64,000 nucleotides of DNA, taken from the NCBI GenBank assembly GCA_964573095.1, contig CAZNIK010000002.1:199230-263229 (forward strand), given 5' to 3'. The stretch comes from an uncultured Candidatus Saccharibacteria bacterium. GTDB lineage: Bacteria; Patescibacteriota; Saccharimonadia; Saccharimonadales; 2-12-FULL-41-12. Position 1 is the first letter of the stretch, and every line of letters begins with the position of its first letter. The notes beneath the pieces were generated by a model. That model did no database searches. It was not told the origin of the DNA and worked only from the letters and a program-made list of their open reading frames with translations. The position numbers and the translations under genes were made by a program. Positions 1 through 7,507 of this stretch are shown piece after piece.

Positions 1-564
1 TTGTGACTCGAAGACATAGCCCTTGGATTGTAGGGTTTTTCGAATTGCGTGGTGATTCTCAATAATCCCGTTATGGACGACAAAAATGGTTTGGTCGCGG
101 TTGCTGTGAGGGTGTGCGTTGGCTTCGCTCGGTTGCCCGTGGGTAGCCCACCGCGTATGTCCAATTCCGCAGGAGAGGCTGGACGTATTGTCCTGCCTAC
201 CGACAAAGTCGGCAGCGCCGCCAACACTCTTGGCCGATATACCGATTTTCTTCTGCGGTGCTCCTTTCGCCGTAGCTTCAGTACGGCTCTGTCCGCTTCT
301 CGAAGATAAATCAGCATCTCGACTCAAGCTAGCCTCTCCTGTTTTGTGTGACATGGGGGCATTGTTCTGTCTGGTGGCGAACTCCTGCAGTTTTTTCTCT
401 AATTGTTGGACTTCACCAGTCGCGCGCTTGTGCACAAACGCTCCCTTTGGACCAACTAGCGCTATTCCAGCCGAATCATAGCCCCGATATTCGAGCTTCC
501 TAAGATTGTCGAGGAGGATTGTTTGAGCTGGTTTTTTACCGATATAGCCGACGATGCCGCACAT
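1..564 (-). CDS. glmS: glutamine--fructose-6-phosphate aminotransferase, N-terminal part (gene runs off the window start)
   Basis: Minus-strand ORF absent from the supplied track. My translation from the ATG at comp. 564-562 reads MCGIVGYIGKKPAQTILLDNLRKLEYRGYDSAGIA ... GIGHTRWATHGQPSEANAHPH ... VVHNGIIENH. This shows the Cys1 Ntn-glutaminase signature of GlmS. Confidence 0.85.
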   Translation of the reverse strand, partial: MCGIVGYIGKKPAQTILLDNLRKLEYRGYDSAGIALVGPKGAFVHKRATGEVQQLEKKLQEFATRQNNAPMSHKTGEASLSRDADLSSRSGQSRTEATAKGAPQKKIGISAKSVGGAADFVGRQDNTSSLSCGIGHTRWATHGQPSEANAHPHSNRDQTIFVVHNGIIENHHAIRKTLQSKGYVFESQ

Positions 565-597
565 GAAAACCTTTCTATAGTTTATCAGTGAGGACTA

Positions 598-1728
598 TTA
601 TAGTTTTTCTTGCAGATATGTGATTAGTTTTGAGTCAAATTTCTCGTTCGAAAATGCCTTTGCAGTGTTTTTTATATCATCAGACGAATATTCTTTTTGA
701 TCGAAACGATGAAGTGCGTCAATGAGACAATCGACAGATTGGGTGTCAAAGAAGTCTCCAGATTTACCTGGGGCGACATAGTCTAGTGCCCCACCTGCTT
801 TATAGGCAAGCACAGGTGTTCCAGACGCCAGTGCTTCGACCGGCGCGATGCCAAAATCGTCCAGTCCAGGAAAAATAAAACCTTTCGCTGAGCAGAGGGC
901 ATGCGCAATGTCTTCTCGTGAGGCATCTTTTTTAAAAAATACCGTTGGTCCTGCGAGAGCGCGAAGCGTTTTGTGTTGTGGTCCATCGCCAATGACAAGC
1001 AGTGGAAGCTTCAGTTGTGTGCAGGCTTGGATTGCCAGGTCAATGCGCTTGTAGGCGGTTTGACGGCCCACAACCACGTAGCCATGTCGGGTACATTTTT
1101 GGTTTTTCTTATGCCATAGTTCGTGTTGTGACATAAAAAAATCAGTATCAACTGGGGGATGGATAACATCACTTTTCCGCTGATAATACTTTAAAATCTC
1201 TGATTGGGTATGAGAAGAATTCGCGATCAAATAACGGGGTCGCTGAGCGGCCGCGAAATCCCACTTTCTTCGTCTATTTACCAACGCTTTTAGTCCGGCG
1301 CGCGCCAAGGGGTCGGCAAATCCAAAGCCAGGATTAGCCAGATAATCTTGATACCGAGACCAATAGTAGTGGGTTGGCGCATGGATGTACGAAAAGTGGA
1401 CCGGCTTATTGACTCGGATACCTTTGGCCTCTGCGCCCGAGCTGCTCATCACGACATCAAACTCTTCCAAATTGAGTCTTTCGAACCACCGTCCTCGCAT
1501 CCCAGGAATGAATTTACGAAGCTGAGGAAATGGCCAAAATTGAAGATAGCTCGTTACGACCTTATTGTCCAAACGCTGTCTCCAAGTGGGGCTGCAATAA
1601 GAAGTGTAGATAGGGGCGTCGGGGAACATGCGGTGTAGTTCGAGGACGACCATCTCGGCGCCGCCACCGATTATCCAGTCTGCAACAATCGCCACCTTGA
1701 GCTGTGTTAGTGTTTTACTGCTGTTCAT
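598..1728 (-). CDS. glycosyltransferase (GT-B fold, GT4-like)
   Basis: 376 aa. The C-terminal half contains FIFPGLDDFGIAPVEALASGTPVLAYKAGG, matching the E-x7-E region typical of GT4 enzymes. Confidence 0.8.
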   Translation of the reverse strand: MNSSKTLTQLKVAIVADWIIGGGAEMVVLELHRMFPDAPIYTSYCSPTWRQRLDNKVVTSYLQFWPFPQLRKFIPGMRGRWFERLNLEEFDVVMSSSGAEAKGIRVNKPVHFSYIHAPTHYYWSRYQDYLANPGFGFADPLARAGLKALVNRRRKWDFAAAQRPRYLIANSSHTQSEILKYYQRKSDVIHPPVDTDFFMSQHELWHKKNQKCTRHGYVVVGRQTAYKRIDLAIQACTQLKLPLLVIGDGPQHKTLRALAGPTVFFKKDASREDIAHALCSAKGFIFPGLDDFGIAPVEALASGTPVLAYKAGGALDYVAPGKSGDFFDTQSVDCLIDALHRFDQKEYSSDDIKNTAKAFSNEKFDSKLITYLQEKL

Positions 1729-2023
1729 TACTAGAGGCCATTATATATTTAGTTGGGTGTTCTTTAAACAAAGAACCAAGCTCTTCCATTTTTGTGTCGA
1801 CAAAAACGGAATCCAAAAAACGACAGGCAATTGAAGAAGCATGATTGAAACACCAAACTTTCCACACTCTGCTTCTGCGGAACTCGCTATCGCTCAGACA
1901 GTCCTCGAAACCAGATGTTCCTCGATTGGTTATTTCTTCAGTTCTTCAAAGCCTGGAGGAGCGCCATGGGTATAGATGATTGTCTTATCCGCAGAAAAGG
2001 TCTACTTTTTCTAGGGTTTGACA

Positions 2024-2052
2024 TTGACGGAACGCGGCTTTCTTGCTATAAT
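2024..2052 (+). promoter_or_regulatory. near-consensus sigma70-type promoter (TTGACG-17 nt-TATAAT) pointing antisense into the 3' end of the NYN gene
   Basis: TTGACG lies at 2024-2029, preceded by a tandem TTGACA at 2018-2023. A 17-nt spacer leads to TATAAT at 2047-2052. Confidence 0.45.
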
Positions 2053-2085
2053 TTTATGCGGATCACCATGGCCAAGCTAAGTCGC

Positions 2086-2604
2086 CTAAGGTTTCGACCG
2101 ACCGCGGATCTTGGTCTTTTTTAATTCCAAATTCTCTTTCAGTAAATCAACACGAACAATCCGATTATTATACTCTCTGAGTAAACTCGAGTAGTGCTTG
2201 TTGGGTGTCATAAGTTTGAGCAACTTACCCTTTTCTAGAAGATATTCGACCAAACAACGGAAATCGCCATCTCCGCTTACAATGATGGCTTTATGATAGT
2301 TTGGATACTCTATCGCGGCTGCGTGAAGGACTAGTTCAGCATCGACATTGCCTTTTACCAGTGTTTTTCCGTCCACCAAATACTCAGTTGTGGGTTTGAA
2401 TATGATAATGTAGCCGGCTTTTTGGAGACTGGTATACAGCTTCTGGTTCGTATCAACCATACCTATGAATATAAATGCTTTGTCGACTTGATACTTGTTT
2501 TTTAGATACAATCGGAACCTTTTATAATCTACTCGCCAGCCCAAAGATCTTACCCCGAGATTAAGGTTTTGGCTGTCGATAAATGCATAATTTTTCTTGG
2601 CCAT
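2086..2604 (-). CDS. NYN (LabA-like) domain protein, predicted ribonuclease
   Basis: 172 aa. It starts AFIDSQNLNLG and contains IIVSGDGDF, the conserved Asp positions of the NYN/LabA fold. Its start codon directly abuts the stop codon of the upstream sugar transferase. Confidence 0.7.
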   Translation of the reverse strand: MAKKNYAFIDSQNLNLGVRSLGWRVDYKRFRLYLKNKYQVDKAFIFIGMVDTNQKLYTSLQKAGYIIIFKPTTEYLVDGKTLVKGNVDAELVLHAAAIEYPNYHKAIIVSGDGDFRCLVEYLLEKGKLLKLMTPNKHYSSLLREYNNRIVRVDLLKENLELKKTKIRGRSKP

Positions 2605-4029
2605 TTATTTGGCTCCCGAGCCACCAAAAACGGCTCTTAGAGTTTTGAGCAGGATGATGATATCGAGCCAAAATGTCCAGTTTTGAACATAGTAGGTGTC
2701 GAGTTTTCGTCGTTGTTCGAAGCTGAGGTCGCGCCGCCCCGAAACTTGTGCCAGACCGGTGACACCGGATTTTACACTCAAAATATGCTGTTTGTGCCGA
2801 TAGCCTCTCAGCTCTTCTGGAATAAGCGCTCTTGGACCGACTAAGCTGATGTCGCCCCTAAGCACGTTAATAAGTTGCGGTAATTCGTCAAGGCTGGTTG
2901 CGCGGACAAAACTCCCGAGTCTTAAGATTCGAGGATCATGCGGAAGATAATCACCATTTTCCCGATATTGTTTTGCGAGCTGTGGCTTCCCAAGCAGTGC
3001 AAAGGCATCTTCCGGCGAGGTGCCGTCGAAGCGCCGATACTGAGACCGGAACTTGAGCACCGTAAATGGTTCATCAAATTGAGTAAGACGGGTTTGGGTG
3101 AAAAATACTGGCTCTCTGGGATTGGCAAGCTTCATGAGCACAATGACCAACAAAAACACTGGACTTAACGATACAAGTAGGAGTAGCGATACAATAAAAT
3201 CAAATAACCGCTTTAGTATTCGTCCCCAACCAACTAATGCAGTTTGATGTACGGTGACAAGTGGTGTTCCTCGAAACAGCTCAACCTCGATATTGCCAAC
3301 AAATAATTCGTCATTGCCGGGAATAAATCGATAGGCGATGTGGTGGCTCTGCGCATAGTTCATAATTTCATCATTTTTGTCAGCCGAGGAGTACAGCTCG
3401 GTCTGAATAATGCTGTGAATAACCGGCTTCTTGAGAGTAGTTATGGCATCTTCAAAGCTATGAAAGACCCGAAAGTTTTTGTACGCCTCGCCGACAAGAC
3501 CGACAATTTTATGCCCAGAATGCCTGGTATCTTCGAGCTCTTCAATGATGGCGCTTCGAGCTGGGCCGCTTCCCACGATAAGCACGTTATTGATGCCAAT
3601 GCCATAAGAGAACAGCTCTGATCGGAGCAATCGAGCCAGCGTGCGAAAAAGCACCAAAAAACCAAACCCAAGGAGCAATCCATAGACTGCTACTAAACGG
3701 GCCGGAAAGAGATTATCTGGACTCACAAAATCATAGCCGATCACAAACAGCATTCCCAGCACCGATCCTATCGCCAGTTTACCGAGCTCTGCAAACCGAT
3801 TGTCGTACGTTTCTCGCCTGTAAAGACCCAGGAACGCAAGAACCAGTATCCAGAGTGGCAACACCGTAAAAAAGGCTTGTATGTAGGTCTCGGCGGGGAT
3901 CTGTTGGATTAAGGGGCGATCATCGTACTTTACGCGCACAATATACGCCACTCCAAATGCAGCGATGAGAGCCAAAAAGTCACCGATAACTAGAAAAATG
4001 CTGTAAATACTTGAGGCGTTGTTCTTCAT
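2605..4029 (-). CDS. polyprenyl glycosylphosphotransferase (WbaP/bacterial sugar transferase family)
   Basis: 474 aa with N-terminal TM helices. The C-terminal domain contains RPKEPVFFTQTRL, LDELPQLINVLRGDISLVGPRA and VKSGVTGLAQV. Confidence 0.85.
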   Translation of the reverse strand: MKNNASSIYSIFLVIGDFLALIAAFGVAYIVRVKYDDRPLIQQIPAETYIQAFFTVLPLWILVLAFLGLYRRETYDNRFAELGKLAIGSVLGMLFVIGYDFVSPDNLFPARLVAVYGLLLGFGFLVLFRTLARLLRSELFSYGIGINNVLIVGSGPARSAIIEELEDTRHSGHKIVGLVGEAYKNFRVFHSFEDAITTLKKPVIHSIIQTELYSSADKNDEIMNYAQSHHIAYRFIPGNDELFVGNIEVELFRGTPLVTVHQTALVGWGRILKRLFDFIVSLLLLVSLSPVFLLVIVLMKLANPREPVFFTQTRLTQFDEPFTVLKFRSQYRRFDGTSPEDAFALLGKPQLAKQYRENGDYLPHDPRILRLGSFVRATSLDELPQLINVLRGDISLVGPRALIPEELRGYRHKQHILSVKSGVTGLAQVSGRRDLSFEQRRKLDTYYVQNWTFWLDIIILLKTLRAVFGGSGAK

Positions 4030-4117
4030 GATCTATCTGTAGCAGATTATAACACCGTATCTTTCTTGTTTTTGCTATACTACAATCTAAAGAGAACAAA
4101 ATATAAACAGCAGATTC

Positions 4118-4600
4118 ATGAAAAAAAGAGATAAAAAAGAATTATTGCGTATTACCGAGTACATGATAAGTGGTGGTGCCTATTTCTGGTCGGGGTATGC
4201 AACGTTCTTCTTTATTGATAAAGTGCTCGGCTTAAGCTTTTTTTGGGCAAAATCGGTTTCAACACTCACCGGCTGGACGGTAAATTATCTGCTGCAACGG
4301 TATTGGGTTTTTAAAAATCCTAAACTTAAGAAGCATCAAACCGAGGTGACTACTAGATATGTAATTATTACTTTGGTTGATTTTGTGCTGGATTACCTTA
4401 TTGTGTTTGGATTAAAATCAATTGGAATTACTCCTTACATTGGACAATTTGCTTCGGCGGCGTTCTTTACGGGCTGGAATTATTTTTGGTACAAGTTTTG
4501 GGTGTTCCCAGACAAGTTTAAGGTCGCAAAAAAAGCCAAGCAAACACCGGCGCGGGTTATTGCTCATCGAGCGCACGGACACAGCGCCTATAGAAAGTAA
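4118..4600 (+). CDS. GtrA-family membrane protein
   Basis: 160 aa with 4 TM segments. Contains the GtrA-like motifs YLLQRYWVF and NYFWYKFWVF. Confidence 0.7.
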   Translation: MKKRDKKELLRITEYMISGGAYFWSGYATFFFIDKVLGLSFFWAKSVSTLTGWTVNYLLQRYWVFKNPKLKKHQTEVTTRYVIITLVDFVLDYLIVFGLKSIGITPYIGQFASAAFFTGWNYFWYKFWVFPDKFKVAKKAKQTPARVIAHRAHGHSAYRK

Positions 4601-4620
4601 TAAAGTACGTTGCTTAAGAT

Positions 4621-5076
4621 ATGGACGCAAAACAAACGAGGCCAACAAAAAAACAATACGAACTATTGCTGTTTATTGAAAAGTTTGTCAGTCAACACGG
4701 CTACGGGCCAAGCTATCGGGAGATCATGAAAGGCTGTGGATACAATTCTGTGGCAACCGTTGCGCTGCACGTTAATAATCTTATTTCTAGAGGTCATTTA
4801 CAGAAAAAAGGTCGCCTGGCACGGTCACTTGAGGTCGTAAAACCATCAACAACATCTACCAAAGTTCAAACCAACATTATCAATCCCTCCGAAGAGAAGT
4901 GGCTGATTGAAAAGATAGATTATCAGTTTCAACAGCTTGAAGGTTCGAACGCACGAACCCAAGACGACGTTGATAAGCTGTATGTATTGGTAGCTGCGCT
5001 GAGGGTGTTGGGGTTGGATGGGGCGGCGCAGTCATTCCTGGCTCGTCTACAGACACTAAAGAAGGACGTATACTAA
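4621..5076 (+). CDS. LexA N-terminal (winged-helix) DNA-binding domain protein lacking the S24 peptidase domain
   Basis: PTKKQYELLLFIEKFVSQHGYGPSYREIMKGCGYNSVATVALHVNNLISRGHLQKK matches the LexA DNA-binding domain pattern. The C-terminal 80 aa show no Ala-Gly cleavage site and no Ser/Lys dyad. Confidence 0.65.
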   Translation: MDAKQTRPTKKQYELLLFIEKFVSQHGYGPSYREIMKGCGYNSVATVALHVNNLISRGHLQKKGRLARSLEVVKPSTTSTKVQTNIINPSEEKWLIEKIDYQFQQLEGSNARTQDDVDKLYVLVAALRVLGLDGAAQSFLARLQTLKKDVY

Positions 5077-5080
5077 GACG

Positions 5081-5890
5081 ATGGATGTGTTGCAAGCAAT
5101 TGCCCTTGGGGTGCTTGAGGGCTTTACGGAATTTCTGCCAATCTCGAGTACCGGTCATCTCATTGTCGCCCAAGATCTTATTGGCTTCCGAGATAGTGCC
5201 AAAATATTTACGGTAGTGATTCAACTGGGAGCCATATTTGCCATAGTCTGGAACTATCGAAGAGACCTTCTCGCCAAAGTAGCGGGGCTATTTCGTGGTG
5301 ATAAAAAAACTATTAATTTTTGGATAGTCTGGATGCTGGCTACTGTTCCTGGTGGCGCCGCTGGGTTCTTGCTGAAGGACAAAGTGAGTGTGTATGCAGT
5401 GACCGTAACTGTGGCGATTGCGTTGATTCTTGGCGGCATACTTATTTGGTTGATAGAGACGTATCACAAGGCAGCGCCGAACAAAACCGGTAAGGCTCAT
5501 CTAGACAAAATTACAAAAAAACAGGCATTGGCGGTCGGTTGCTATCAAGCACTTGCACTTATTCCCGGTGTTTCTCGGTCCGGTTCGACCATAATGGGCG
5601 GGCTGCTTTCTGGGTTTGACCGTGTGACCGCAGCGGCTTTTTCGTTTTATATCAGCATACCGATTTTAGTCCTTGCCGGCGCATATCAGCTTTTTGGCAA
5701 TGAGAATGATTTCTCAACCGTCCAAGGCGGCGCTTCGGCAATTGTCGCAGGTACCCTTGCGGCTTTCGTTACCGCCTTGCTGACGATTCGCTGGCTGCTT
5801 TCATATGTTTCGCGTCATAGCTTCAAGCTATTTGCCTATTATCGGATAATTCTCGGCAGCATCATCTTGGTCGTTCTGTCGTTCAGCTAA
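5081..5890 (+). CDS. uppP: undecaprenyl-diphosphate phosphatase
   Basis: 269 aa. Contains GVLEGFTEFLPISSTGHL and PGVSRSGSTI, the hallmark UppP/BacA motifs. Confidence 0.9.
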   Translation: MDVLQAIALGVLEGFTEFLPISSTGHLIVAQDLIGFRDSAKIFTVVIQLGAIFAIVWNYRRDLLAKVAGLFRGDKKTINFWIVWMLATVPGGAAGFLLKDKVSVYAVTVTVAIALILGGILIWLIETYHKAAPNKTGKAHLDKITKKQALAVGCYQALALIPGVSRSGSTIMGGLLSGFDRVTAAAFSFYISIPILVLAGAYQLFGNENDFSTVQGGASAIVAGTLAAFVTALLTIRWLLSYVSRHSFKLFAYYRIILGSIILVVLSFS

Positions 5891-6057
5891 ACCTATAAAA
5901 ATCTGAGTAAACAGTAGCAAATAACCGACGATCGGACTAAAAGTGCTACGGTTTTGGGCGATGCTGGCGATGCCCTAAGAGGGCGCTAGGGATGGTGTAG
6001 ATTTTACGGCTTACACACCACAGCTAGCGTGGTATGCTTGTTAGTACTTTAATATTT

Positions 6058-6214
6058 CAAGACGCTGGAAGTTGGTGAAAATCCAACACTGTGCCGCAAC
6101 GGTGATCGCAAAATACGCGACAAGTCCGATACAGCAAACAAGAGACAAATTCCCGAGCAGGAAGTCGATCAACCATCCACTGAACCACCTGCTCGCAAAA
6201 AAGCAGGTTTTTTA
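6058..6214 (+). promoter_or_regulatory. candidate cobalamin-type (short/variant) riboswitch core plus terminator/SD-sequestering hairpin
   Basis: ctGGAAgttGGTGAAAATCCaacaCtGtGCCGCAACGGTGA (6064-6105) resembles the cobalamin core AGGGAA-n-GGTGnAAnTCC-n-CnG-n-CCCGCnACnGTnA. A GTTGG/CCAAC hairpin carries a TGAAAAT loop. There is a short TCGC/GCGA hairpin, then cAAGTCCGATACAGC with CAGC complementary to GCTG at 6064-6067. The hairpin CCTGCT(6188-6193)/AGCAGG(6202-6207) plus T6 ends 1 nt before the ATG. Confidence 0.4.
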
Positions 6215-7507
6215 ATGGAAACTCTAGAACGTACTCAAGAAACCAGAACCCACAAGGATATATTTGACCCGTGTGCTGCCGTTCGAATGGCGCGCGAGGA
6301 CATTCAAGCGTACGGAGAGGTACAAGAAGGAACGTGGCAACAGATTTACAATGAGGAGCTTACCTATATTGCCGAAAGCCTCGACGCTCCGCACAAAACC
6401 ATAATTAACTACAGCTATCAACCTGGTACTGGGCTTCATGATGAACGCAACGTGTCGTTTGAAACGATGCTCCAAAATGGCAAAGAAGCGGCCGAAGCAC
6501 GGTTCCATCAAGACCCTCGCGCCGAGTTTCACCTCGTACGAACGCAGCATCACCAACAAGAAGGCTTTGTGCTTGAAGCGATGATGGACAATCGCGCCGA
6601 TTTTAATACACTGATCAGCTTCTCGCCGTTTCCAGAAGAAGCCTACGTGGAACACGGCGCTGAGTTTGTAAAGGATATTGGCTATAACCCAGATCGAAAA
6701 ATCGGTTTTATCTACGTATTTACCAAACAGAGTGAAACCCAGATGCAGTGCACCGCTGCAACTATCGACAATAGCGACCTTGAAGTCTTTAGGAGTGTTG
6801 CCGCAACCTTGGGAAAAGAAATTCCGAATACCCAAAATAGTGACGACTTTCTCGGCGAACGCATTACCTTAGCGCTTGACGAAGCGGCTCAAGCAACGCT
6901 GGTTGATCAAATTGTCAACTCCTATGATACCCAGATGGGTTTGTGTTACGAAGGACAGGGTGTATTCCGAAGTGGTAGGAATAAAAATGTCCAAGAAGTC
7001 GATGGCTGGGATTTTGCCACTGCCCAGCATGATCTTATTGAATACTATCTTCGAGAAGTCGAAACGCTTGCCAAAAGCAATTGGGACGAGGAAAGTATTC
7101 TTAAGGCCAAAAAAATTCTCACCGTCAGTGTATGGACGGAGATGAGCGATCGACTGCAGAATATGCAGAGAAAAGATGTTCGGCTTTCGGACATTGCTGA
7201 GTATTCATCAAATGCTCATTTGTCCATGGATCATCAGATTAATCTAGCGTTTCACCGAGCACTCGGCAGAAGGGCGGGTATGGTTGGTTGCGGAGGTAGT
7301 ATTGACCTAGATGTTACGGCAATTGCCAATGACGATCTAGAAGCCCTTACGAAAATTGGCTTTGGTGCCGACAAGACAAAACTTATTTGGAAAAAGGGCA
7401 AGTGTCGAGTGCCAGACTGCAAGAATAAAGAAAAACTAACTGAAGTTGCTCAGTGCAATGTCTGTAAGAGCTGCCAAGCAGAATTTGATAGGGGCATTCG
7501 CAAATAG
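6215..7507 (+). CDS. hypothetical protein with a C-terminal Cys-rich zinc-ribbon-like tail
   Basis: 430-aa ORF with ordinary composition and no motif I recognise. The C-terminus is KCRVPDCKNKEKLTEVAQCNVCKSCQAEF. Confidence 0.6.
   Translation: METLERTQETRTHKDIFDPCAAVRMAREDIQAYGEVQEGTWQQIYNEELTYIAESLDAPHKTIINYSYQPGTGLHDERNVSFETMLQNGKEAAEARFHQDPRAEFHLVRTQHHQQEGFVLEAMMDNRADFNTLISFSPFPEEAYVEHGAEFVKDIGYNPDRKIGFIYVFTKQSETQMQCTAATIDNSDLEVFRSVAATLGKEIPNTQNSDDFLGERITLALDEAAQATLVDQIVNSYDTQMGLCYEGQGVFRSGRNKNVQEVDGWDFATAQHDLIEYYLREVETLAKSNWDEESILKAKKILTVSVWTEMSDRLQNMQRKDVRLSDIAEYSSNAHLSMDHQINLAFHRALGRRAGMVGCGGSIDLDVTAIANDDLEALTKIGFGADKTKLIWKKGKCRVPDCKNKEKLTEVAQCNVCKSCQAEFDRGIRK

Noticed and set aside
170-375. 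Intein in glmS
   Set aside because: The insert is too short, is low-complexity, and lacks Cys/Ser-start and His-Asn-end splice motifs.
49-481. Plus-strand ORFs of 86 and 120 aa at the window start
   Set aside because: Both are antisense to the clearly recognisable glmS reading frame.
5956-5976. GGGCGATGCTGGCGATGCCC resembling the GGCGATGG start of the fluoride (crcB) riboswitch
   Set aside because: The downstream conserved CUGAUGAUGCCUAC-type element is absent. It looks like a simple hairpin with a 7-nt direct repeat (GCGATGC twice).
6224-6835. 203-aa minus-strand ORF antisense to the 430-aa gene
   Set aside because: It is shorter than the plus-strand ORF and fully contained within it. The plus-strand ORF has the leader, terminator and start context. 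The minus ORF has an odd composition and no upstream signals.
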